Shown here piece after piece: positions 52,200-64,000 of a stretch of DNA of 64,000 bases. The stretch is from NCBI GenBank assembly GCA_951406725.2, contig OX597816.1, positions 128,774,001-128,838,000 on the forward strand, given 5' to 3'. Origin of the DNA: Octopus vulgaris. Its lineage: Eukaryota. Each line of letters starts with the position of its first letter. The stretch's first letter is position 1. Under the pieces are notes generated by a model, which did not search any database, was not told the origin of the DNA, and was given only the letters and a program-made list of their open reading frames with translations. A program made the translations under genes and the position numbers.

Positions 52200-52400
52200 A
52201 ATATGCTATTTTGCTTAGGCATAGTAATACTAATAACCTGATGTGAGAACACAATATATGTATGCTTCAGAATAAAATATCAGTCAAGTACAAAGCAGTA
52301 ATAAGAAAGTAAAGTGGCAAAGATACAAGAAATTGTTATGAACTTTATTAGCTTACAGCTGTTTCCGCAATAAGATGCATTGCACTCATAGTTGAATGCT
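52200..52400 (-). mobile_element. Probable Penelope-like LTR fragment with hammerhead-like core; related copy at about 62883-63030
   Basis: Minus strand CTATGA-G-TGCAAT-GCATCTT-ATTGCG-GAAAC-AGCT-GTA. Shares TATTTTGCT.AG.CA.AGT.ATACTAATAACCTG with 62883. Confidence 0.5.
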
Positions 52401-52754
52401 TGTGTATTACCCCAGAGCTCCACTGAAGCTTTGCACATGACAGGTAAAAGCAGGAGGACACAATGTAACAGACAAGCAAGAAGACAACTCAACAGTTTGG
52501 CTTCTTACAATGGAAACAGGCACCAATATGTTTGTGACTTTCAAATGGCTAAGATTACCCCTAATTTGCAAACTTTTAAAGCTATTGAAATTTTATTTAT
52601 TAATTTATGGCAAAATGAATATCATTTCCTAATTATGGAAATGATATTCATAAAAAATGATATTCATAAATAAACTACATCTATACACCAAATTTGAAAT
52701 CTATTTGAACAAAATTAAAGGAAGTGAAACCTGAAAGCCAAACAGAAAAAATCT

Positions 52755-52870
52755 AAGCCTGGTATTTATTCTATCGGTCTTTTTTGGCAAACCACTAAAT
52801 TATGTGACGTAAACACATCAACACCAATTCTCAAGTGGCGATGGGGGTCAAACACACACACGCACACACA

Positions 52871-52909
<39 letters not shown>

Positions 52910-53072
52910 GACAGGCTTCTTTCAGCTTCTGTCTACCAAATCCACTCACAAGGCTTTGGTCAGCCCAAGGCTATAGTAGAAGACACTTTCCCAAGGTGTC
53001 ACACAGGGGGACTGAACCCAGAACCATGTGGTTGTGAAGCAAGCTTCTTATCCCACAGCCACTCCTGCACCT
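52755..53072 (-). mobile_element. SINE family A
   Basis: CTACCAAATCCACTCACAAGGCTTTGG..CTATAGTAGAAGACAC..GGGACTGAACC..CACAGCCACTCCTGCACC. Confidence 0.85.
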
Positions 53073-53261
53073 GTGCAGGAATGTTTCACAGACTATCACT
53101 CTCTATAGTCTGATAGACTAATAATATAAACTAAACTAAACTAAAAATATAAATATCGGGTGTAGATGAATGTGACAACTGTGGAAGCAATGTTCAGTGA
53201 TGCTGTTAACAATGTTAAATGTTAACAATGGGTTCTCAGAGCCCTCCTATTTATAATAGAG

Positions 53262-53470
53262 CTTCGGGTCTTCTCAGTCACAACATATCTCCAGAAATCG
53301 CTGTCTTTTGTCATTTCCTCTGTGAGGCTCAACGTTCAAAGGTCATGCTTCACCACTTCATCCTATGTCTTCCTGAGTCTCCCTCTACTCCAGATTCCTT
53401 CCACTGTTAGGGAGTGGCACTTTTTCACACAGCTCTCCTCATCCATCCCATAGTACGTAACCATACCAAT
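53262..53470 (-). mobile_element. RTE ORF 3'-end fragment
   Basis: GGGTCTTCTCAGTCACAACATATCTCCAGAAATCGC..GGTCATGCTTCACCAC..GTGGCACTTTTTCACACA, homologous to 22735-22935 and 63947-64000. Confidence 0.8.
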
Positions 53471-53827
53471 GATCATCCAGTGCTCAATGAGGAATCTATC
53501 AAAGAATTAGAGAAGAATTGCCAAGTGAAGAAAAAGGATTTCTAATTCTAGAATCTAGCAAAGACAATAGTTTAGTTAGAAGAAAAGGAGACAGATTTCT
53601 ACTGCCAGCTGGATTGTGGCCATGCTCAGTATCAGAAAAGGTGTCAGAGAAATACCATATATCCGATGTAAACTGGGGGTACATAAGTGGTACTCTGTGA
53701 TCACAGGCAGGCTGATAGAGAGGAAGGAATTTATAAGCAGCAGGTGGACAAGGTTAGTTAGCATATGAGTACCCTTAGATAAATACTTTCTAATTCTCAG
53801 AAGGCTCCTTGGAATTAGCTATAGGTT

Positions 53828-54410
53828 CCATTATGTAGGTGACCCAATTAGCAGTAGAAGATAATGTTCCAAAAGCATAATAACCTGAATGAGAGCAAAG
53901 TCAGAAATGTTCAAGGAGATTTTAATTCTACTGGCAATAAAAGAATTCTTACTCTGAATGATAGGCAAATTGTATGATGCTTGTGTATGAATGCAATGGT
54001 GCTTGGTAGTAGCAAATAGGTACTGAATATGGGGGAGGGAGGCGAAAGTTGAAAAGAAATGAGGTAAGCATGCTTTGCTGGAGATGTAGTCTTTGCATGC
54101 ATGAAAGTCAGAGCACAAAGCAGATTAAAGAAAAACTTTAGGTATGAGAGAAATGCGATATAGCATGCAAGAGAAAAGATTGAGCTGGTATGGACATATG
54201 ATGTGTATGGAGGATGATAATTAAGTACAGAAGTACTAAGCAAGCCAAGCAGGAGCATTACAGAAGACTTAAAGAGAAACAAGAAAAAAGATTGTGAAAG
54301 ATGATCTCAGAAAGCTGTTTCTCATAAAGGAAATGACAAAGTATCACAAGTGCCCCAATACTGTGCTGAAGAAATTCAGTTCGATTCAAACCATGCACAC
54401 ATGGAAAAAT
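53828..54410 (+). mobile_element. Old degenerate RTE C-terminal fragment
   Basis: TTCCATTATGTAGGTGACC..ATAGGCAAATTGTATGATGCTTGTGTA is homologous to 20480-20640, with many stops. Confidence 0.7.
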
Positions 54411-54556
54411 GCATATAAAATGGCAATACATATATACATGTATATGTGTGTGTACATTTGAATATATACATGTACATGTGTGTGTACATTTGAATATATA
54501 CATATATAAACACACATACACACAATCACACATACAAACAACCACAAACACACATA

Positions 54557-54590
<34 letters not shown>

Positions 54591-54597
54591 TATCTAT

Positions 54598-55772
54598 ATG
54601 GCTCACTGGCATTTTAATGGCTCACTGGCATTTTAATGGCTCACTTGCATTTAATGATGCTGCAAAGAGAGAGACTTGGAGATGCCACAATGAAAGATTG
54701 CTAAATGAAGAGAATGAATAAGAGAAAGAGAGTCAGCCAAATGTTGACCCAACAGGGGGACCAGCTATTCAAATTGACAGTACCTTGGTAGATGAAGCAA
54801 TTAAGGGTATGAAAATAGGGAAAGCCCCTAGCACATCAGGAAACACTGTTGAGATGCTTAAAATATCTGGCAGTGAAGGATATAGTCTAATCACCTGTAT
54901 AGCTAACCAGGTGATACACAAAAAAGTCATACCCAGTGACTGCTATAGCAGCACCTTAGTCAACTTCTACAAAGATAAAGGTAACACATTAGATAGAAAT
55001 AATTACAGATGTATCAAATTGTTGGATCAGGTGATGAAAATCATGGAGAGGGTCATAGCCCAACTAATTAGGGAGAGAGTTAGTTTAGATAAGATGCAGT
55101 TCGGGTTTGTGCCAAGGAGAAGCACCACTGATGCTATATTTCTGCTAAGACAGCTGCAGGAGAAATTCCTAGCCAAAGATAAACCTCTGTACTTTGCTTT
55201 CATTGACATGGAGAAAGCTTTTGACAGGGTTTTCCCAATCCCTTATCTAGTGGTCAATGCAGAAACTAAGGATGGATAAGTGGTTGGTGAGAGCTGGGCA
55301 AGCCATGTACAGGGATGCTGTCAGTAAGGTGAGGGTTGGTAACAAGTACAGTGAAGAATTCCAGGTAGAAATAGGGAATCACCAAGGATCAGTCCTCAGC
55401 CCCCACTTTATCATAGTCCTTCAGACAATAACAGGGGAATTCAAGACAGGCTGCCCCTGGGATCTCCTCTATGCTGATGACCTTGCTCTCGTAGCTGAGT
55501 CACTACCAGAACTAGAGAAGTTTCAGGTGTGGAAGCAAGGTCTAGAACCAAAGGGCCTTAGAGTTACCCTAACAAAACCCAAAGTCTTAGTAAGTAGGAA
55601 GGTGGACAAATCAGGAATCCCTTCAGGTAGATGGCTCTGTACATTCTGTAGAAAAGGCATGGGTAGAAACTCCATAAGATGTAACCAGTGTAAGTTATGG
55701 AAACATAAGAGGAGCAGCCATATCAAAAGAGGGCTAACTGGGAAGATAGTTTTTGTGTGTGACAGAAGCATA
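54598..55772 (+). mobile_element. RTE-clade LINE internal fragment (RT domain, frameshifted)
   Basis: ORFs 54785-55279 and 55257-55847 contain GKAPS, NYRCIKLL, QFGF, DMEKAFD, HQGSVLSP, YADD and the Cys-rich finger. Confidence 0.92.
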
Positions 55773-56339
55773 GGTGCCTGCCTCAGATGCTATGGCATTG
55801 AGGTAGATCCAGCCACCCCCATTAATAGGGACAAAACCCAGATTTAAATCATTGGATGATGATGAGTGATGTCACTACATTTTCTCTTTATGCATTTGAT
55901 GTGGTACACTATATTTCTCATTTTGCAGTTTATTTATGAGTTGGTTTGTGCATACAGTGATTAGTGCAAATCTTTTTTTATTTTCTTGAATCGTTGTCTT
56001 ACATAGTAGTGATAGATGAATCTGCCAATCATTTTGCTACTACTTCAATTTCAAATTTTGTTCCATGAAGTTCCACAGCAGTTGCAGCCAGTCTCTCAGA
56101 TACAGAAGTAAAATTCAGCCATTTGAGCTTTATCTCCATCTTGTCTTCTTTAAACAGAAGAAGATCTCTATCTAAAACATTGGATAATCAACTCACCACA
56201 GCAATTTCACTCCACTCTTTCTGTCACTTTTCCTAATAATACAAGACCTACTAATGCACACCACCACAAGTGTCCTTGTATTTTGTTTTATCTTGTATGT
56301 GTGTGTGTGTGTGTGCATGTGCACACCATTTTTGTTTAA

Positions 56340-56557
56340 CCATTTAGCATTCAGATTTCTCTGTCAAATATAATACTTATTTATTTACATTGCTTTGAAT
56401 TAATTGTGCAATATCTTGCAGCTCTGAGATTTCAATGATGTGATTGTTTATTTTAAAAATAATATTGTAGGGTAACTGTGAGAGGGCAGATCTGGTTGGT
56501 TTGAAGATAAGCAGGTAGTTGGTTTTGGCCAGATAAGGCCAGTTAAATGCTAAAGGG
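56340..56557 (+). mobile_element. piggyBac-like MITE family 1
   Basis: TTAA at 56336-39 and 56558-61; CCATTTAGCATT / AATGCTAAAGGG. Confidence 0.85.
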
Positions 56558-56627
56558 TTAAACATATTCATTCAGATCTTCATATGAAATAAATTCTATT
56601 CTGTTGACACTAAAAAACTTCACAAAC

Positions 56628-56998
56628 TAGGAGTGGCTGTGTGGTAAGTGTGCTTACCAACCACATGGTTCTGGGTTCTGTCCTATTATGTGGCACCTTG
56701 GGCAAGTGTCTTCTACTATAGCCTCAGGCCAACTAAAGCCTTTTGAGTGGATTTGGTAGACAGAAATTGAAAGAAGACCGTCGTATATATGTATATGTAT
56801 GTGTGTATATGTTTGTCTCCCGCCAACATCGCTTGACAACTGATGCTGGTGTGTTTACATTCCCATATCTTAGCAGTTCGGCAAAAGAGACTAGGCTTCC
56901 AAAGAATAAGTCCTGGTGTTGATTTGCTCGACTAAAGGTGGTGCTCCAGCATGGCCACAGTCAAATGACTGAAACAAGTAAAAGAGTAAAAAGAGTAA
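56628..56998 (+). mobile_element. SINE family A
   Basis: GGAGTGGCTGTGTGGTAAG...CCTTGGGCAAGTGTCTTC...GACTGAAACAAGTAAAAGAG. Confidence 0.9.
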
Positions 56999-57972
56999 AC
57001 AGCCACTCAGAGTTTCATGTAACTGTTCATAAGATACGAGTGAGAAAACTGTGATGAACTCCAAGTAAGAGTTTCTGAAGTATTTTTCAGCTTCAGTAAA
57101 ATTGTATTTCACTCTACTATTGGTATTCAAGTACTATTTTTTTTTCTATCTTGTTTTGTACGTATGAGCTTACTTGAGTATAAAGTAAATTGTGTATATT
57201 ATTTCCACTTGAAACTGTATGTATCTGAACTATACAATTATTAACAAGCTTAACATATTATATAAATATTTCTACACAGAATCAGAAATTTCAGGAAATT
57301 GATTGGTTGTTGAAAAATCCTGTCTCTGTAAACCAATGTCATTCTATTTCAACAGAGATACAGAGATGAGAAAAAAAAAATGTAAACCAAAATAATGAGA
57401 ATGAAAAGCAAGAAAGCAAAATAAGCCAAAATACTAAAAAAAAAAACAACCAAGAGAAAAAAAGAAGCTTCTCAGGAATTTTCTTCAATTACAGAATGTA
57501 TTTAATCTGTCATGACAGAACAGTGATCTCTTCCTGAATTCCAATGCTACCAACCAATTGTTCCCAGACCACTGTCAATTACTGATTGAAAGAAGATAAA
57601 TAGAAAATAAATAAATATTTTGATAAAGGTTAACTCAATACAAGGGCTGTACAAATCCTTTAAAACGATTTTCATTTGTACTCTTGTAAAACCAGAAATG
57701 AATCATCAATATAGTAAAATTCTATAAAGTTCTGACTTCATACATCTTTCTCTCCCTCAGTTACTCGGTTCTTCTCTTTCTCTATCTCTCTGCCTTTCTC
57801 TAAATTGTTCTATTTATTCATAGTAAAATCATTAACACTAGTAGAATAAAACACACACTCACACACAACTTACCTATATGTATACATGTATGTATCTATG
57901 CACAGATACACACATATATGATATGAACATATACACAAGTTTTATTAATACATACATATATACATACATACA

Positions 57973-58003
<31 letters not shown>

Positions 58004-58117
58004 GTGTGTGTGTGTATATATACATACATATAGATATGCACACGCACATTAACACCATCATTGTCTCTCATCTATTCATTTTTCTATACACATGCATACA
58101 GATATATATATGTGTGA

Positions 58118-58380
58118 AGGTGCATAGCCTAGTAGTTAGCCTCTCACACTCATGATTGCCAGATCATGGGTTTGATTCCCGGATTGGGCAGCACATTGTG
58201 TTCTTGAGCAAAACACTTCTTTTCATGTATGACTACTGCCATTTTTGACATGGGGAGAATGTTGGCCTACTCCCCTACCCAGAAGGTAGTACCATTCAAA
58301 GGCTAAAATAATGCAAAGTGTATTGTGACCAATGATGTGTAACAACATCCGATAGTCAGGTCAGTTGCATGGTCATGTGA
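58118..58380 (+). mobile_element. SINE family C-like
   Basis: TAGCCTAGTAGTTAG..GGGTTTGATTCCC..TTGTGTTCTTGAGCAAAACACTT. Confidence 0.6.
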
Positions 58381-58736
58381 TATATTTTTATACATATTTT
58401 ATTTTGGTCGAGTGAGTCACTTGCTACTCTGGCTACTCTGAGTTTCATCTGTGGGTTCACAGGGTCTTCATATATACAATGTTTTCTTCTTATTTTTCTC
58501 ATAGCCTTTTCTCTATCTTTTTTTTCTCACATTTCCTCATGAAGTAGCCACGTCAATTGAACCTGAACGATCGCTGGATTGTGCACAGTATGAATACAAA
58601 CCCCTCCATTTACAGCATCATCCAAGCATAAAATGAAGTCATATGTAACTTCCATATTCATTAAGTGTTACTTATCTCTCATTAGAATGAATGCTGTTTT
58701 GCTGATCTTCCCAACAAGTAAACAGAATATATGTAT

Positions 58737-59130
58737 ACTCTTTTACTTGTTTCAGTCATTTGACTGCGGCCATGCTGGAGCACCGCCTTTGGTCGAGCAA
58801 ATCGACCCCAGGACTTATTCTTTGTAAGGCTAGTACTTATACTATTGGTCTCTTATGCTGAACCGCTAAGTTACGGGGATGTAAACACACCAGCATTGGT
58901 TGTCAAGTGATGTTGGGGGGACAGACAGACAGACACACACAAACACACACGTATATATATATATACATATATATGATGGGATTCTTTCAGTTTCCGTCTA
59001 CCAAATCCACTCACAAGGCTTATTTCGGTCCGAGGCTATAGTAGAAGACACTTGCCCAAGGTGCCATGCAGTGGGACTGAACCCGGAACCATGTCGCTGG
59101 TAAGCAAGCTACTTACCACACAGCCACTCA
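58737..59130 (-). mobile_element. SINE family A, full length
   Basis: CTTTTACTTGTTTCAGTCATTTGACTGCGGCCATGCTGGAGCACCGCC...CTTACCACACAGCCACTC. Confidence 0.9.
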
Positions 59131-59380
59131 AATATTTAGAATAATTCAGGTAAAAACCCCGTAACATGCCACTATTTCTTTACCACATATTATCCTACAG
59201 CAGGGTATATTCTAGGGCTGGAATTGGATTCTTCCCAATGGAGCACCCACACACAACTGTTGCTGAGAAATATTCAACTATATAGTAATTATAAAGAATA
59301 ATCTTGTGTAATGATATATGAATATAAACTCTGCAACTTAAGGGTGGTGTGCAGTAACAAATGTTGTGATCTACTATTAA

Positions 59381-59601
59381 CCCTTTCGTTACTGTATTTA
59401 TTTTGAGATGCTCTGTGTTTCTTTCAATTACTTTAAATATAAGAAAGAATTTAGTAAAACAACTTAGTTATCAATAAGATAGTGTTAGGAACATAAATTG
59501 TGACTAAGGTTTGGTGGAAGATTTTAATTCAAAACTTATGAAAACAAGACATTTGTTCTACAGAGCCAGAGCTGGTTTCAGCCGGGTTGGTAACAAAAGG
59601 G
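59381..59601 (+). mobile_element. piggyBac-like MITE family 2
   Basis: TTAA at 59377-80 and 59602-05; CCCTTTCGTTAC / GTAACAAAAGGG; colinear with 51076-51297. Confidence 0.9.
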
Positions 59602-59874
59602 TTAAAGCCTGTTATTCTCCATCCTCATGTGTGTATATATATATATATATACAGACACATATAATAACACTTACACACATACACTGTCATATACAATCAG
59701 TAGCTATGGGCAGCATACTACCACTTCTTATGTGATTATTGCCATATTTTCACTTAATTTTCAACATATAGCAATAACGCTGTAGCACATTTAAATCACT
59801 AACTTAGAAATATGTGCACTTATATATTTGTGTGTGTGTGTGTGCATATATATATATATATATGCACACATACT

Positions 59875-60257
59875 TACGCATATGTACATACTTATACATA
59901 TATGTATGTATATATACTCTCTCTTTTACTCTCTTTTATTTGTTTCAGTCATTTGACTGTGGCCATGCTGGAGCACCACCTTTAGTCGAGCAAATCGACC
60001 CCAGGTCTTATTCTTTGTAAGCCTAGTACTTATTCTATCGGTCTCTTATGCCGAACCGCTAAGTGACGGGGACATAAACACACCACCATCGATTGTCAGG
60101 CGATGTTGGGGGAACAAACACTGACACACAAACATATACACACACATATACATATATATACACATACATATATACGATGGGCTTCTTTCAGTTTACGTCT
60201 ACCAAATCCACTCACAAGGCTTTGGTCGGCCCGAAGCTATAGTAGAAGACACTTGCC
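59875..60257 (-). repeat. Left arm of an inverted duplication (headless SINE A plus its 3' flank)
   Basis: Reverse complement of 60348-60735 with scattered substitutions. Confidence 0.9.
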
Positions 60258-60267
60258 TATATATATA

Positions 60268-60686
60268 GGCGCAGGAGTGGCTGTGTGGTAAGTAACTTGC
60301 TTACCAACCACATGGTTCCGGGTTCAATCCCACTGCGTGGCACCTTGGGCAAGTGTCTTCTACTATAGCTTCGGGCCGACCAAAGCTTGTGAGTGGATCT
60401 GGTAGACGGAAACTGAAAGAAGCCCGTCGTATATATGTATGTGTATATATATGTATATGTGTGTGTATATGTTTGTGTGTCAGTGTTTGTTCCCCCAACA
60501 TCGCCTGACAATCGATAGTGGTGTGTTTATGTCCCCGTCACTTAGCGGTTCAGCAAAAGAGACCGATAGAATAAGTACTAGACTTACAAAGAATAAGGCC
60601 TGGGGTCGATTTGCTTGACTAAAGGTGGTGCTCCAGCATGGCCACAGTCAAATGACTGAAACAAATAAAAGAGAGTAAAAGAGAGA
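60268..60686 (+). mobile_element. SINE family A, full length
   Basis: GGCGCAGGAGTGGCTGTGTGGTAAG..GGTTCAATCCC..CCTTGGGCAAGTGTCTTC..GACTGAAACAAATAAAAGAG. Confidence 0.92.
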
Positions 60687-60737
60687 GTATATATATATAT
60701 ACATACATATATGTATAAGTATGTACATATGCGTATG

Positions 60738-60776
<39 letters not shown>

Positions 60777-60971
60777 TTATTTATACGTGTTAACATCGAA
60801 TAGTTAGAATGGGTGCTCAACATTACACTGGCAGATCAGTATTCTTTATTTATGAATTCTCTCAACCATTATCCAAATCTACCACAAGGGGCATTGTTAT
60901 TCATTGCCATCTTGTGTGTGTGTGTGTGTGTGTGTGCGTGTGTGTGTGTGTGCCTTCTTCCAACTGTTTAA

Positions 60972-61501
60972 CATGGAGGAGGATCTGTAATGATCTGGGG
61001 GTGCTATATCTTGGAAATGCACCAGCCCAATGGTTTCTCTTCATGGGCAGAATTAATAGTCAAGACTATTTAAGCATTTTATCTGATCAAATTCATCCTA
61101 TGGTTGCAGAACTGTTTCCAGAGTTAAGCACAATCTTTCAGGCTGATGATGCACCAGTTCACACAGCTAAATTGCTACTGAATGGCACGAGGAATATTCT
61201 AATGAAGTTGAACATCTTATCTGGCCACCACAGTCCCCAGATCTAAATATTACTGAACATTTATGGTACATTTTAGAAAAATAAGTAAGGAGTCGATATC
61301 CTCCACCATCATCACTACAAGAACTGGAAACTGTTTTAGCTGAAGAATGGACAAAAATTCCTTTGGAAACGATTCAAACTTTGTATGAGTTCATACCTTG
61401 TAGAATTCAAGCTGTAATTACTGCCAAAGGTAGTCCTACCCTATATTAAAATAAATTTGTTAGAAAATTTAAGGTGTTTCCATTATTTTGTCCAGCCCCT
61501 G
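60972..61501 (+). mobile_element. Tc1-family transposon, 3' half with right TIR
   Basis: GRINSQDYLSIL..IFQADDAPVHTAK then (frameshift) WPPQSPDLNITEHLW..EEWTKIP..RIQAVITAKG. Ends GTTTCCATTATTTTGTCCAGCCCCTG-TA. Confidence 0.9.
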
Positions 61502-61531
61502 TATATATACATGCATCTATCTATCTATCTA

Positions 61532-61587
<56 letters not shown>

Positions 61588-62757
61588 TATGCCTCTGTGT
61601 GTATATGTGTACATATTAGTTTTGATGTTATTTATGTAAATTACTCACAGACAGACATATACATGCATGAGTACACATATTTGCATACACTGGATAAGTA
61701 TTTCTACTTACATGTAATTCTATTGGTATGTTTTCAGTAAATGTTAAAAATTGTTTTGAAAATGGTCAACAAGCTCGAATTGTCTGGTAGTCTTGGAATT
61801 TAGAAATGGATCCCTGTTCTGTCATGAAAGATTAGATACAAATTGTGTGTAATGCAAAAATATTTCACAAAGCCTATACTTCTTTTTTCTTCTTTGTATT
61901 TCTCTTTCTTTTTATGCAGCTTTCACTAGCACTTTAAAATAGTCAATTCACTGTCTTTCCCTCTTTCTCTCTTCCTTTTTTCCCTCTTCTTTTTCTCAGT
62001 CTTTTGTTACAGTTTCTATTTGATAGCATGTTTTTATTAAAGGGGTTACTTGACAAACTTGATCATTTCCTGAAATCTTCTGACTAGAAGATTCAGGAGA
62101 TTTGTATAACACATTAACCCAATTGATGATTGTAGATCAGATATACAAATTTATCTTGCTTGTTAAGTTCTATTGGAAGGAGGAAGTAAGTGGCTTTCTT
62201 AGGCTTATAAATACCTACCAACTGTTCAGAGGACTTTGTTTCTTTGTACAAAGAAAACAAGAAAAGTGGGGTGGAGTCAACAAAGTTTAACTAACAAACC
62301 ATTGATAATAGATGTTCTAGAAATTCTTTACACAAGAATTTACAAAATAAGCACAAATTCTTCTTTATTTTATTTTCTCTATATTTTCCTTTTTTTTTTT
62401 CCTCTTTGTATAAGCTATGTAAACCCCCATAATTACAAACTGCAGCACCATTCTTTATTGAAGTATATGATTACATCTGTTCTTTCTTGTATTTTTTACT
62501 GCTTTTTTTCAGCTGTTGGACTGTGACCATGCTACAGCAATAATTTTTCAATGATTTTTATTGTTTTTGTTTTTTTTATTAAAATCTATAGACAGTATTT
62601 TGTTCAGTACTTATCTTTATCAACCTCATAAGAGGTAAATAGAATGATAAAATCAAGCTGAATATTATGGAAAATAACTGAAATACTGAGACTACAAAAT
62701 ACTACAGAATATTTTATCCAACACACCATTTGTGGCATCTCTCTCTTTCTCACATGT

Positions 62758-62790
<33 letters not shown>

Positions 62791-63062
62791 CATGTGTGTG
62801 TGCGAGTGTGTGTGTGTGCATGTGTGAGTGTGTGTGTGTGTAGACATACATATTTATATATGTATATGTAAATATGTATTTATATTTTGCTCAGACAGAG
62901 TGATACTAATAACCTGGTGTTACAACTCAACATACGTATATTTCAGAAAGAAGCATTAGCCAAGTACATAGCATAATAAAAATGAAATAAATGTCAAGGG
63001 AACAAGATAATATGTTCATTACATAATTTCTTGTTCCTTATAATTTATTTAATTTTATGTAA

Positions 63063-63225
63063 GTGCAGGCGTGGCTGTGTGGTAAGAAGCTTGCTTCTCA
63101 ACCACATGGTTCTGGGTTCAGTCCCATTGCATGGCACCTTGGGCAAGTGTCTTCTACTATAGCCTAGGGCCAGCCACAGCTTTGTGAGTGGATCTGGTAG
63201 ATGGAAACTTAAAGAATCCTGTTGT
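63063..63225 (+). mobile_element. SINE family A, 5' half
   Basis: GCAGGCGTGGCTGTGTGGTAAGAAG..GGTTCAGTCCC..CCTTGGGCAAGTGTCTTC. Confidence 0.85.
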
Positions 63226-63376
63226 GTATATATATATATATATATATATATACAAAATTAGAAAATGGAGAAACATACTTAAATCAATCAAACATCAACC
63301 ATCAGATAATACCCAATCAATACTTTATTACACCATTACATAACAGTAAAGGCATTATACAAAATATATTGTAAAT

Positions 63377-64000
63377 ATCGTCATCATCATCATCGTTTAA
63401 TGCCCGTTTTCCATGCTAGCATGGGTTGGACAGTTCGACTGGGATCTTGAAAGCCAGGAGGCTGCACCAGACTCCAGTCAGAGCCGGCAATGTTTCTACA
63501 GCTGGATGCCCTTCCTAATGCCAACCACTCCGAGAGTGTAGTGGGTGCTTTTTACATGCCACCAGCACAGGGGCCAGAGGGGGCTGGAATCAACCACAAT
63601 CAGATGGTGTTTTTTACATGCCACCAGCATGGGAGCCAGTCAAAGCAGTGCTAGCATCGACCATGTTTGGATGGTGCTTTTTATGTGCCACTGTCACAGA
63701 AGCCAGTTAGGGCGAGGGGGTTGTCATCAACCACGCTCAGATGGTGCTTTTCACATGCCACTTGCACAGGGACCACAGCTACAACTTCCATTTGATTGGG
63801 ATTTGATTTCATTTTGATGTTGATGTACTTGACTCAATAGGTCTCCTCAAGCCCAGAATGTCGCCCTATGATCCAGGGGTACTTTTTGAGTTGGCTGGTT
63901 GTGTGACACTAGTGTAGGTTACAGCTGTGATCTCACTTTATTTACCGGGTCTTCTCAGTCACAACATATCTCCAGAAATCGCTATCTTTTGTCATTTCCT
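63377..64000 (-). mobile_element. RTE-clade LINE 3' UTR and ORF end, continuing past the window edge
   Basis: (ATC)n-GTTTAA..TTTTCCATGCTAGCATGGGTTGGAC, four GTGCTTTT.A..TGCCAC subrepeats, and ORF-end homology from about 63940. Confidence 0.88.

Noticed and set aside
60268-60340. tRNA-like A/B boxes here and in other SINE heads
   Set aside because: There is no full cloverleaf, and each continues into a SINE body.

Overview
This is AT-rich, repeat-dense eukaryotic DNA with no host protein-coding exon, RNA gene or CRISPR array that I can support. The repeat families resemble those I recall from octopus genomes, so the window is probably cephalopod intronic or intergenic DNA (inference, not checked). 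It holds several RTE-clade LINE copies, including two young tail-to-tail copies at 19.9-24.4 kb. It also holds two R4/Dong-like LINE 3' ends inside (TAA)n, Penelope-like (GIY-YIG) remnants and LTR pieces, mariner/Tc1/hAT transposase fossils, two TTAA-flanked MITE families, three tRNA-headed SINE families and many microsatellites. Most short ORFs in the track are microsatellite or antisense artefacts. The best leads are: (1) a perfect 61-bp-arm palindrome at 4063-4191 in which each arm reads as a complete type I hammerhead ribozyme fold on opposite strands; (2) several degenerate hammerhead-like cores in other Penelope-like pieces; (3) a set of recent local template-switch duplications; (4) a 27-bp tandem repeat that keeps an open frame. 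I found no convincing new multi-gene system. All coordinates and identities were read by eye.
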